Origin: a virus
Direction: 5' to 3' (one strand)
IMG/VR virus record: IMGVR_UViG_3300049033_000044
Coordinates: 1 to 47,764 of that record
DNA length: 47,764 nucleotides
In this document: piece by piece, positions 8,083 to 16,578 of the stretch
Numbering within the stretch: the stretch's first letter is position 1
Layout of the letters: every line of letters begins with the position of its first letter
Translations under genes and position numbers: made by a program
The notes under the pieces: model-generated
Database searches by the model: none
What the model saw: only the letters and a program-made list of their open reading frames with translations
What the model was told of the DNA's origin: nothing

Positions 8083-8273
8083 CACTCGCATGAACTATGC
8101 TGACTCCACTCGTGCTAACTACGCTGCCAATAACACTCGTGCTCACTCGCATGAATCACTCGCAAGGACTGAGTCCTATGATGCACTCGCAATGGCCGCA
8201 CTCAATCGAATCACCAGGCACTCGCAATAGCCACTCACAAGAATGGACTACCGAGTCAGCACGAGTGAGTGCG
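8083..8273 (+). repeat. Array of nine direct CACTC-core repeats (five exact CACTCGCA) plus two inverted cores; iteron/operator-like
   Basis: CACTCGCA at 8083, 8144, 8157, 8184, 8219. CACTCGTG at 8107, 8134. CACTCAAT at 8199. CACTCACA at 8232. Inverted CACGAGTG-AGTGCG at 8260-8273. Spacings are 10-27 nt. Located between the two divergent promoters. Confidence 0.85.
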
Positions 8274-8336
8274 TCCTGCCGCGCTAGATTTGAGATCCGA
8301 ATCAGAGCATCGGACAAAATTTCATCGTACGCGTGG

Positions 8337-8366
8337 TTGCTTATCGTTTTCGAAATAACATATAAT
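8337..8366 (+). promoter_or_regulatory. rightward sigma70-type promoter TTGCTT-N18-TATAAT
   Basis: -35 at 8337-8342; -10 at 8361-8366 (consensus); A/T-rich stretch upstream. The first rightward gene starts at 8392. Confidence 0.6.
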
Positions 8367-8391
8367 GCGTGAGTTAACAACGGAGACGAAC

Positions 8392-8781
8392 ATGCCCCGC
8401 AAACTCGATATCCCTGATTCAGTCGCCGAAGAATGGCGCCGACGCATGAACGAAGGACAGAGCATTGAATCGATCGCCAGAGCCTATGGGCTGAATCACG
8501 GCACGATTCGCAAACGGCTCGGCATCACTGCATTCGAAGGCCGTCTTGGGCGGTCCGCTGAGGGCCGGGAGATTCACAAACACCTCATCCACATGGACGT
8601 GCAAACGCAGCAGTGGATCGCAGACGAATCTCGACGCCTAAACTGCACCCACGGACTCTTCGTGGAGTTCTGCATCGAAGCAATGAAGCGGGCATGTGCA
8701 ACCTTGCCTGTGAGTCGACAAGACCTCAAACAGCACATGGATATGATGCGCGAGAAGGAATCCGGCAATGGCCAAGTCTGA
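8392..8781 (+). CDS. DNA-binding regulator: N-terminal helix-turn-helix plus C-terminal ribbon-helix-helix-like segment (129 aa)
   Basis: GQSIESIARAYGLNHGTIRKRL reads as a classical HTH. HLIHMDVQTQQWIADESRRLNCTHGLFVEFCIEAMKR looks like a strand-helix-helix. Start set to ATG 8392 (GGAG at 8382-8385), because the track start 8365 lies inside the -10 box. Confidence 0.6.
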   Translation: MPRKLDIPDSVAEEWRRRMNEGQSIESIARAYGLNHGTIRKRLGITAFEGRLGRSAEGREIHKHLIHMDVQTQQWIADESRRLNCTHGLFVEFCIEAMKRACATLPVSRQDLKQHMDMMREKESGNGQV

Positions 8782-9739
8782 ATCAACACAGTATGCGACG
8801 AAGTCCGATATCGAGACTTTGCATCAGATGTTCACAGTTCTTGCGAGTGGACTCGATGAAATCCGCAACACGCTGCACACTCGCTTGAACGATGATCTCC
8901 AAGTGATTCTAGAAAACTTTGACCAACTCTCGACTGCGGGCGATCGGCACTATAATGACTTGCTCAACGGCATGGTCAGCATCGACGATCGCATGGAAGG
9001 AGTCGTTGCGGAGACGGTAGAGTTGGCTCGCACGAGTGCCAAGCAATTCGATATCCTCATGGGTATGCTCAATGGCATTGCCGAGGGCCGTCCTGAATCA
9101 CAATCTGCGAATCAGCCAGCTGGAGTTGCTGGTGAATCAGACTTGCGTATTCTGAAGCACAGGCTCGACAGCCAATCGCAAGTCATGGCCGACATGCAGC
9201 TTCGAATCAATGATTTGGAGCACCACGTCGAGAAGCAGAAGAAATTCAATGAATCGATGAACGATCGACTTCGGAATCTCGAAATTCTCATCAACGCACA
9301 AGACCAGATCGTCACACGGCTTCTTGGCCGAATCAATCCTTCGGAGTCCCACCATGAGCCGCAGACCGACAATCTTTCCGAACGGCGTGGAGAAGAGGAG
9401 ACTCCCGAGACCGGAATCTCTATCTCTGCAGGATATCGCGTCGAACGAGTGGCCTACAACCAAGGTAACATCATCGAAGTCGTCCAGCGATGGCTCGATT
9501 CAACCCCAGAGTTCTTCCAAGGACTCAACGGCGGAGTCTGGCCAGTCCCAACAGCGATCAAGAACTTCTCCGAGTGGAGCACAATCGAATTCGCTCTTCT
9601 CTCAGCAGCCGAGCGACTCCGCAGACACCGGGCAGAAAAACTCCGCACTCAACTCGGAGCTTTCGGGCCTGGCAGCCACGCTTATCCGCGCCTTAAGATT
9701 CAAGGAGAAAATGCTCTCAAGGAATCTGACAAAGGCTAG
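8768..9739 (+). CDS. hypothetical protein (323 aa), long coiled-coil-like central region
   Basis: ORF track; RBS GAAGGAA 7 nt upstream; 14-nt overlap with the upstream gene. Confidence 0.7.
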   Translation: MAKSESTQYATKSDIETLHQMFTVLASGLDEIRNTLHTRLNDDLQVILENFDQLSTAGDRHYNDLLNGMVSIDDRMEGVVAETVELARTSAKQFDILMGMLNGIAEGRPESQSANQPAGVAGESDLRILKHRLDSQSQVMADMQLRINDLEHHVEKQKKFNESMNDRLRNLEILINAQDQIVTRLLGRINPSESHHEPQTDNLSERRGEEETPETGISISAGYRVERVAYNQGNIIEVVQRWLDSTPEFFQGLNGGVWPVPTAIKNFSEWSTIEFALLSAAERLRRHRAEKLRTQLGAFGPGSHAYPRLKIQGENALKESDKG

Positions 9740-9857
9740 GGCCAAATGCCATGAGTGCCCATCGGAGTGGCGGGCAATTTTGCTTCCGAATCGCAGGTCA
9801 CCATCCGGCTATCACATCCACATCGCTTGTGATTGCGGATTCCAATTTCACGAATAA
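9711..9857 (+). CDS. possible small zinc-ribbon protein (48 aa)
   Basis: MLSRNLTKARAKCHEC...IACDCGFQFHE carries a CxxC...CxC pattern. AAGGAG at 9702-9707, although only 3 nt from the ATG. It fills an otherwise empty gap (9740-9871). Taken from the 3' part of track ORF 9324..9857. Confidence 0.4.
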   Translation: MLSRNLTKARAKCHECPSEWRAILLPNRRSPSGYHIHIACDCGFQFHE

Positions 9858-9871
9858 CAAGGAATCATCCC

Positions 9872-10327
9872 ATGTCTATCTCTCTCATACTTCACACTCT
9901 CGTTCGATTCGACTATGAGACCTCCATGGCTTCTGAACCTTTGCCGGCATGGATGATTCGACTCATCAGCCTCAACAACATCGAATTCAACATGAATGAT
10001 CGCAAGTGGTACTGGCAGCGCAACACTGTCATCAATGACGGCGACTATATCGTACGAATCGATCCGAAGCTCCTCGAACTGGCTCGACTAGCCAATGGCG
10101 AAGATCCACGAGTCAAGGATCCTTCCGAGGCCTTTCTCAAGACAATCATGGGCCAGATTCAAGGCAAGGAAGACGATGCCTGGCTCGACGGATTCGGCTA
10201 CGGAGTCATGGCCGCCGATAAACTCACATCGATCATTCGTGAAGATGGGATTCTCGCGGAATCGATCGATGCCCAGCTCAAGACCATGTACGATGAACTC
10301 GACGGAGCAAAGGAGACTCGGCAGTGA
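9872..10327 (+). CDS. hypothetical protein (151 aa)
   Basis: ORF track 9833..10327 (TTG). Start moved to ATG 9872 with AAGGAA 7 nt upstream. Confidence 0.65.
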   Translation: MSISLILHTLVRFDYETSMASEPLPAWMIRLISLNNIEFNMNDRKWYWQRNTVINDGDYIVRIDPKLLELARLANGEDPRVKDPSEAFLKTIMGQIQGKEDDAWLDGFGYGVMAADKLTSIIREDGILAESIDAQLKTMYDELDGAKETRQ

Positions 10328-10656
10328 CGACTCTCTCCGCATCTGACACACTCGATCGACTCATTGAGGCTGGATTTACATTCAGCCTCGAATTTCCTCA
10401 TCCTTCGAATGAACTTGAAGTCGAGTGCGAGTTCGAGATTGACTCATGGGGCAGCTCCAGCAACGGATGGGACGATCCGGGTGATGCGGCTGAATTCCAC
10501 CTCATCGACGTCACAGTCACGAACAAAGCCGACGAGCTGATTCACACCAAGGCTGAATTCAGCCAAGCGCAGTGTGAGTGGCTTGAGCAGCATTTCAACG
10601 ATGCGATTCAGCAGAAGTGCGCTGAATATGACGGGTTTAATGACCATGACGACTGA
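10324..10656 (+). CDS. strongly acidic small protein (110 aa; 26 Asp+Glu versus 4 Lys+Arg)
   Basis: ORF track. The GTG start overlaps the upstream stop (GTGA), with AAGGAG 8 nt upstream. Confidence 0.7.
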   Translation: MTTLSASDTLDRLIEAGFTFSLEFPHPSNELEVECEFEIDSWGSSSNGWDDPGDAAEFHLIDVTVTNKADELIHTKAEFSQAQCEWLEQHFNDAIQQKCAEYDGFNDHDD

Positions 10657-11518
10657 AATCGATCTCAAGCACTTTCCGGGTCCGGGGCACTATGCCTCGG
10701 ATTCCCTCGGCCCGACTCGCTCCGCTCATCTCCCTATCTCCATATTTGCACTACATGTGCAGCTGGTGACTCAGGACGGCAACATTCTGAGCAGTGAGCA
10801 GAGCAAGGGGTATTACTTCTTCCGCGACTCACACATCCCTCTGCCGCGCGCATGTACTGTGCTGGCATGGAATCGCATTTGTGTGCTCGGCAAACCGGAT
10901 TCGAAGCAATACTATCTCCCATTCCTCCCATCGCTGCGAGAAGAGGATGAAGTCGGGTCGGCTATCGGTGAGCGTGGCTCGCGAATCGCATCTCTGAGTC
11001 GCAAAAGCAAATATCATATGCGTGACTCCGAAGATCGAGTCGTGTGGGGCCCAGTCTACGGTTCCCAACTCGGCGCAAGCAATGTTCTGTGGCAAACCGA
11101 GCGCAGTGACTTTGCTGAATCACTCGTAACGGACTCCATGAACTTCATCGCCCCAGCCACCCACGAATCAATCCGCGATCGTATGACCTTCCTGGCTCAG
11201 CACGGATTCCCAGCCACTAATGCACTGATGAAGCACCTCAACATTCCGCGCATCTATCGACTCTTGTTTCAGTTTCTTGATCGATCGGCTGTGCAAGCCT
11301 GGGTGAGTCACTATAATTCATCGATGGCGCTGGTTAAGGTGGATCCAGACTCCATCGCGGCGGATTTCAAAGACATGACTCATCAGATGGTCGAAGCTCG
11401 GAAGACTCAGAAAGAGGAATCCGATGAAGTAAGTGATGACAATTTCGCTGATTCGCCACGGCGGAATAAAATTCCAAAAAATGGCCGTTTTTCGGGTATT
11501 GGCGACATGGATTTTTAA
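10646..11518 (+). CDS. hypothetical protein (~290 aa), C-terminus ...KNGRFSGIGDMDF
   Basis: ORF track 10574..11518. The start is uncertain: in-frame ATGs at 10601, 10628, 10640 and 10646, none with a clear RBS. 10646 minimises overlap with the upstream gene (stop 10654-10656). Confidence 0.6.
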   Translation: MTTEIDLKHFPGPGHYASDSLGPTRSAHLPISIFALHVQLVTQDGNILSSEQSKGYYFFRDSHIPLPRACTVLAWNRICVLGKPDSKQYYLPFLPSLREEDEVGSAIGERGSRIASLSRKSKYHMRDSEDRVVWGPVYGSQLGASNVLWQTERSDFAESLVTDSMNFIAPATHESIRDRMTFLAQHGFPATNALMKHLNIPRIYRLLFQFLDRSAVQAWVSHYNSSMALVKVDPDSIAADFKDMTHQMVEARKTQKEESDEVSDDNFADSPRRNKIPKNGRFSGIGDMDF

Positions 11519-11560
11519 TTTTTTCGGGGCTTGGCGCAAAAATTTTCTAAAATTTCACCC

Positions 11561-11589
11561 TTGCCCCTCTTTGGAAATTTTCGTATTAT
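11561..11589 (+). promoter_or_regulatory. internal sigma70-type promoter candidate TTGCCC-N17-TATTAT
   Basis: -35 at 11561-11566; -10 at 11584-11589; A/T-rich upstream tract. Lies in the 111-nt gap before gene 11630. Confidence 0.4.
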
Positions 11590-11629
11590 TGGCGCGTCGA
11601 AACAACGTAAAACCTAGGAAAATAGTCCC

Positions 11630-11821
11630 ATGCTCGCTAAGTCTGAATCAGTCAAAATCCGCCCCAACATGAAAGCAACCGCTCTATACTTTGCTCCTGA
11701 ATCGGGCGATTTGGTAGAGCGCAACTTCGATCTTTGGCGCGAAGAGCATCGCAAGAACTTTTTCCGCCTGATTCAGTGGGCGGTTTGCAATAAGATTGAA
11801 GTACGCGTTCGCCATTACTGA
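11630..11821 (+). CDS. hypothetical protein (63 aa)
   Basis: ORF track; AGGAAAA upstream. Confidence 0.55.
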   Translation: MLAKSESVKIRPNMKATALYFAPESGDLVERNFDLWREEHRKNFFRLIQWAVCNKIEVRVRHY

Positions 11822-11862
11822 GTCGGTCCTAAACCCTACTGCATACAAGAAAGGCTTACACC

Positions 11863-12894
11863 ATGTTCTCCGATTCTACAACTTTCGACTTCAACATTCT
11901 CGGAAACGACGACGCATTTACTGCGATTCAGGAAGCTGGATTGCATTATATTCGTTGCAGCGAATCTGGACAGATTGTCGCGGTTATGTCCGACGATTCA
12001 ATCCAGAAAGCAATCGAATTTGAGGTGTTCCAGAATCCCACAATGTCGGTTGAAGAGATTGTTGATTCAATGCAGATGCGTTGGTTCATTCAGTCTTCAC
12101 GCCCGGCCCCACACTTGACCGCAATTAAATCCCGCGATTCAATGCTTTACCTGCATTCGAATCATCCGCTGGACGCATTCGCTATTCTGGTTGGCCGTAT
12201 GCTTTTTGACTCGCCGCGTTACCGCAAGCAAATGTCGGAAAAAGATGCGCGATTCCAAAAGATGCTTTGGCTCACTGAGTTGGACAATGCTAAGCATCGT
12301 TTGGTTCAGGCGGAATACAAGCTCACCGAGAAATTCACGGCCGCTTGTGAAGCGTTGATTCGCATCGACGCTATCCATGACGTGCGTCAATGCCTTTACA
12401 CGGACATGATGCGTGAGACCGCCGAACTGATTCGCGACAATCCGCTTGATCTTGCTAACTTGCTGGACTTTATCGCGCACGTTGAATCAGATGCTCTCGA
12501 AGCTCTGACCAAGATGAAGCGCACTCCGCAAGGGAATCGCATGTCCATGTCGGCCGCTTCAGTTCTCGACATTGACGACGAATTGGTCACAGCACAGAAC
12601 GATTCAGCCGAAGACATGCGTCGTGCGAATCTCCGCAAGATTGAGCAGGCTCAACTCTACGCACGCCAACGCAATTCCGGCACTGTGCAGGTGATTCGAG
12701 GCAAACGCCCGGTTGTGCACCTTGCGGAAATTACAGGTGTCTTGCCGCCGGAATTGGCCGCTAAGTATAAGATTCAGGCTAAAGGTGCAGGTGCTAGCAA
12801 GGCACCGACTGAGCCCAAGGCTGGCAAGTCTAAAAAAGAAACTAAGGTTGCAAAAGCGCTCGCTCGCTTCGGCAATCTGAATCTTGATTTTTGA
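11863..12894 (+). CDS. hypothetical protein (343 aa), Lys-rich tail ending ...ALARFGNLNLDF
   Basis: ORF track; coding-like codon usage. Confidence 0.75.
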   Translation: MFSDSTTFDFNILGNDDAFTAIQEAGLHYIRCSESGQIVAVMSDDSIQKAIEFEVFQNPTMSVEEIVDSMQMRWFIQSSRPAPHLTAIKSRDSMLYLHSNHPLDAFAILVGRMLFDSPRYRKQMSEKDARFQKMLWLTELDNAKHRLVQAEYKLTEKFTAACEALIRIDAIHDVRQCLYTDMMRETAELIRDNPLDLANLLDFIAHVESDALEALTKMKRTPQGNRMSMSAASVLDIDDELVTAQNDSAEDMRRANLRKIEQAQLYARQRNSGTVQVIRGKRPVVHLAEITGVLPPELAAKYKIQAKGAGASKAPTEPKAGKSKKETKVAKALARFGNLNLDF

Positions 12895-12907
12895 TTGGAG
12901 TTGAGTC

Positions 12908-14914
12908 ATGAACAATCCTATGCCGCGTCGCTCCAATTTCTTGGATCAATTTAAGTCTGGAATCAAGACCAGTGAGCAGAAAGCAGCTGAAATCGACACT
13001 GGACTCTCGGCCGTAGATGAGGCCCGAGTCAATAAGATGGTCGGGCGTCTTTTAGACGAAATGCCCGAAGAAATCAAGGAATCAATGGGCATTGCTGACT
13101 ATGACGCCACGGCACCTGTTGATTCAGAGGCTGTGATCAATGTCGATCTGCGTCGTGCCCCGGCGACTAATGGTTTCCAGTTGCCGACTCGCGAAGAGGC
13201 TGGCCTCTCCAACCCAAACATCGTGCTTGACGAGTCGCAGGAGATTGCTGTCGGCCGACTCGCGAACGAGCAGTACGGTTGCCTTATTGGTGCAGCTGGC
13301 ACTGGTAAGACTACGGTTCTCAAGTACGTTCTCGATCGAATCATCTACGAAGATCAGTCCTTCGACGTTCGTATGCTTGCCGCCAACCAAGGACTCAACA
13401 TTGCCATGGTATCCTTTACGGGCATGGCAGTGCAGGTCATGAAGTCGAATCTTCCATCGTGGATGCACATTGCGTGCAAGACCATTCACTCGCTTCTGGA
13501 ATTCGCTCCAGAGCAAGTTGAGTCGAAAGATGGTGGCATGTCTCGTCGATTCGTTCCACAGCGCAACAATCTGCGCAAGCTGGATCACGATATCATCATG
13601 ATTGACGAAGCATCCATGGTCGGTGTCGAGCTTTGGACTCAGATTCTCGCTGCTTGCCGCTTCGGCACTCGCATCTACATGATTGGTGACTTGAATCAGC
13701 TCCCTCCGATCGTCGGCCAGTCTGTCTTCGGATTCGCTCTCGGTCAGTGGCATGTCTGCGAACTCACCAAGGTGCACCGCCAGAAAGACCCAGGTGCGAA
13801 TCGCATCGTCGAAGTCGCTCACGAAGTGCTCAATGGCAAGCCACTCACGTTTGATCAGGCCAAGGGGAATCCGGACTGGCGAGTCATCTTTCAGCCGATC
13901 CACGATGATCCGATCAAGGCGCATAACCAGATTTTGCAGATTCTCGATCAGCTACGCAAGCGCCGAGTCGATGCTGCAAATCCGGACAGCCCGATCATCT
14001 ATGATCCGTATCGTGATCGAGTCATGACAGCCGGCAACGGGTATGAGCAGGTTAACACATCTGCGATTCACCAGTTCCCGATCAACGACTCACTCTCGAC
14101 GCTGATCGAACCGCCGACGGATGAAAATCCTCGGATTCTTATAGACGGTGGTCGCGAACAGACTAAGAAGTTTGCGGTCAATCTGCGAATCATGGCGACG
14201 AAAAACGAACCGCCGGATATGGTCGATCGTGTTACCAATGGCATGACTGGCGTGATCACGTCGATTCGCCGCAATGGTAACTACACTGGCCGCTGGGATA
14301 ACTTCGGCACTGAAGATGAAGTGCGGGCTGCAACGGCTGCCAAGCTTGCCGCTCTGCGTTCTGGCGCTTCGAATCAGCAGACGATGCTCGAAGAGGTAGC
14401 AAACTTCGAACTGGAAGGTTTCGGTGATGACGTCGAACTATCGGGTGGCCAGAGTCAAGAAGAAATCGAAGGTGGCGGAGCTAGTAGCCATGTTATCGAC
14501 GTTACCTTTGACAATGGAGCAAGCCGAACCTTTGCGTCTAAAGCAGGAGTCGGTAGTCTCCAACTCGCCTACGCATCCACGGTCGCCAAGTGCCAAGGAT
14601 CGCAGTTTGACACGGCAATCATCATTTGCCACCCGGCTGCGAAAGCCATGCTGAGTCGAGAATGGCTCTACACGGCAATCACTCGTGCGACCCAGCGAGT
14701 CATCATCTTGGGGACCGAGTTCGCTATCAGACAAGCGGTGTCCAAGCAAAAGATTCGAGGTGCCAACTTGCAGGAAAAGGTCAACCGGTATCTGCAAATG
14801 TCCGCCGAGGGCGAACGTGTCGGCCAAGTGCGAGTCAGAATGAACGTTCCGTTGCGAGTCGAAGACTACAACGGCCAGACCGTCAAGACGCGTTACGAGT
14901 ATGATCTTGAGTGA
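12908..14914 (+). CDS. SF1 RecD/Dda-like DNA helicase (668 aa)
   Basis: Walker A GAAGTGKTT; Walker B IIMIDEASMV; C-terminal SF1 motifs ASTVAKCQGSQFDTAIII and LYTAITRAT. GGAG 7 nt before the ATG. Confidence 0.8.
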   Translation: MNNPMPRRSNFLDQFKSGIKTSEQKAAEIDTGLSAVDEARVNKMVGRLLDEMPEEIKESMGIADYDATAPVDSEAVINVDLRRAPATNGFQLPTREEAGLSNPNIVLDESQEIAVGRLANEQYGCLIGAAGTGKTTVLKYVLDRIIYEDQSFDVRMLAANQGLNIAMVSFTGMAVQVMKSNLPSWMHIACKTIHSLLEFAPEQVESKDGGMSRRFVPQRNNLRKLDHDIIMIDEASMVGVELWTQILAACRFGTRIYMIGDLNQLPPIVGQSVFGFALGQWHVCELTKVHRQKDPGANRIVEVAHEVLNGKPLTFDQAKGNPDWRVIFQPIHDDPIKAHNQILQILDQLRKRRVDAANPDSPIIYDPYRDRVMTAGNGYEQVNTSAIHQFPINDSLSTLIEPPTDENPRILIDGGREQTKKFAVNLRIMATKNEPPDMVDRVTNGMTGVITSIRRNGNYTGRWDNFGTEDEVRAATAAKLAALRSGASNQQTMLEEVANFELEGFGDDVELSGGQSQEEIEGGGASSHVIDVTFDNGASRTFASKAGVGSLQLAYASTVAKCQGSQFDTAIIICHPAAKAMLSREWLYTAITRATQRVIILGTEFAIRQAVSKQKIRGANLQEKVNRYLQMSAEGERVGQVRVRMNVPLRVEDYNGQTVKTRYEYDLE

Positions 14915-15138
14915 CGGCCATGTTGATTCCGATTGTGTGCGACTACTGCGCAAATTCATTCGGCGTCGACTGGGAACCTAGGCAGAAGCGGGACTTAGGG
15001 CGGGTCTTGCGCTTTCCATCTGTGACTCTCCACAGAGGTTGTGCGCAAGACTTCCTCCATCTGCTCTGCATCGAGATTCCCGAAGCCAAAAATTCACCAT
15101 TCATTAAGCACTTCCGTGCGGGAGTAGACCATGTTTAA
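14911..15138 (+). CDS. hypothetical protein (75 aa, one CxxC pair)
   Basis: ORF track. The GTG start overlaps the helicase stop (GTGA); alternative ATG at 14920. Confidence 0.45.
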   Translation: MTAMLIPIVCDYCANSFGVDWEPRQKRDLGRVLRFPSVTLHRGCAQDFLHLLCIEIPEAKNSPFIKHFRAGVDHV

Positions 15139-15535
15139 ACCGACTCGCATACAAGCAGCAACCCATGACTTTGTACATCCGGAGGGATTCACCGTCCCTG
15201 CCCGGGTAAGCCCGCAATACTTGACTTGCTTCGGAGAGAAGCGAACGGTTGTTGACACGCATTGGAATCCTTCCGACCGCGATATCATCAACCTCATCAA
15301 CGGCGGATTCATCAGCATCCGTAACGTCGGTGATCGACTCCCAGCATTGTGGCTCACTACTACCGAGGCTGAGCCGCAATTCTCCATGAGCAATGATCGC
15401 AAGCACTACGCAGAGCACATGCTAGCTATGTGCGCTATGATTCGAAAGCTCGACGTCGGCTGCCGACCAGCTCAAGTAGCAATGGACCAAGTCGTCATTG
15501 CACTCAAAGACTACTGCGAAGGATTCACCAAGTGA
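15131..15535 (+). CDS. hypothetical protein (134 aa)
   Basis: ORF track; GGAG 6 nt before ATG 15131. Confidence 0.65.
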   Translation: MFKPTRIQAATHDFVHPEGFTVPARVSPQYLTCFGEKRTVVDTHWNPSDRDIINLINGGFISIRNVGDRLPALWLTTTEAEPQFSMSNDRKHYAEHMLAMCAMIRKLDVGCRPAQVAMDQVVIALKDYCEGFTK

Positions 15536-15897
15536 AACCCAAACAAAACATGAAGATGATCGACACGACGATTCATCAACTCACAGCCGCTCAAGTTCTC
15601 GCCGAAGTGATTCAGTGCTTCAGCGAGGACACGACACGTGATGTGATCATCGCGACCGCCAAGGGGCGCGGTGATCAGATGGTAGCTCAGATTCGTGTGG
15701 AGCTATCACGCGCCAAAGCAGAACACAAGCGAGCCAAGCGTCCGTTCCGGCATTTCGGATTCACTGCAACGAATCTCGATCTTGTCGTTGCCGGGCAAGA
15801 CGGGGTTAAGCGTGAGCATCGACTCCTCAGTTACCGAGTCACGCCGTTGCAGGCCATGAAGAACTACGCAGATCGAATCGATGGAGTTGACGCATGA
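15532..15897 (+). CDS. hypothetical protein (121 aa; 115 aa if ATG 15550 is used)
   Basis: 3' part of track ORF 15430..15897. GTG 15532 overlaps the upstream stop (GTGA), with AAGGA upstream. Confidence 0.5.
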   Translation: MKPKQNMKMIDTTIHQLTAAQVLAEVIQCFSEDTTRDVIIATAKGRGDQMVAQIRVELSRAKAEHKRAKRPFRHFGFTATNLDLVVAGQDGVKREHRLLSYRVTPLQAMKNYADRIDGVDA

Positions 15898-16577
15898 GTG
15901 ATATCAGGAAACCATCTTTGCTGGATTCGATCCGGGCGAAGAACGCAGCAACTCCGCCAGCGGCCCCAGCCAAGGTCGACGAGCCGCGCAAGCCTGTATT
16001 CCCGAATCTTCAACGAAACAAGCCAGCGATTCAAGCTGCGGTTGCGGAACAGCCCAAGCCAGTCGCCAGTCCAGCACTCGCTGCTCTTGCTGCGACGAAG
16101 CCAAGCCCGACTCCGCCGGCGGCACCCAAGCCCAATCTGCTCGCAGCTGCGGCAGCTAAGGGAGTCGAGAAGAAGCAAGCTATGGATCAGGATTACTCCT
16201 ATCTCCACGCCGAGCTTCCGACCGATATCAAGGAGCTGTGTCAGCGATTCGACGACATGATTGTGCGCGACGGAGGTATCGGACTCATCAACATCGACCT
16301 CGGCCGCGCATACGTCAAAAAGATCATGGTCATGCTCAAGGAGAATCCTGAGTTTGACGGCATGATTATCGACCGCGACGTGCATAATGTTATGGCATTT
16401 GTTCGCAAGACTCGCGAAGCTGCTATCGACACGATTAACGTCAAGGTCGAAAAAGCAACCAAGGCAGCCAAAAACAAGGCCGCCAAGACCGGACGATTCG
16501 GCAGCATCGAAGCTATCGACTTCGGCGCAACAGGCCCAGCAGTGAGTCTCGAAGACTTGCGCGACGTGGAGTTTTGA
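15894..16577 (+). CDS. hypothetical protein (227 aa): Pro/Ala-rich N-terminus, Lys-rich tail with ...TGRFGSIEAIDF... and terminal ...DVEF
   Basis: ORF track; ATGA start/stop coupling; GGAG 8 nt upstream. Confidence 0.7.
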   Translation: MSDIRKPSLLDSIRAKNAATPPAAPAKVDEPRKPVFPNLQRNKPAIQAAVAEQPKPVASPALAALAATKPSPTPPAAPKPNLLAAAAAKGVEKKQAMDQDYSYLHAELPTDIKELCQRFDDMIVRDGGIGLINIDLGRAYVKKIMVMLKENPEFDGMIIDRDVHNVMAFVRKTREAAIDTINVKVEKATKAAKNKAAKTGRFGSIEAIDFGATGPAVSLEDLRDVEF

Positions 16578-16578
16578 T

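Noticed and set aside
8083-8273. Possible CRISPR array
   Set aside because: The repeat unit is only ~8 nt with irregular 10-27-nt spacing, there are no cas genes, and it lies between promoters. It is iteron/operator-like, not CRISPR.
8097-8372. 91-aa ORF (and antisense ORFs 7955-8152, 8156-8380) across the control region, with repeated HSQ tripeptides
   Set aside because: The periodic peptide is simply the translation of the CACTCGCA DNA repeats. The ORF runs through the -35 and -10 boxes, has no RBS, and overlaps both promoters.
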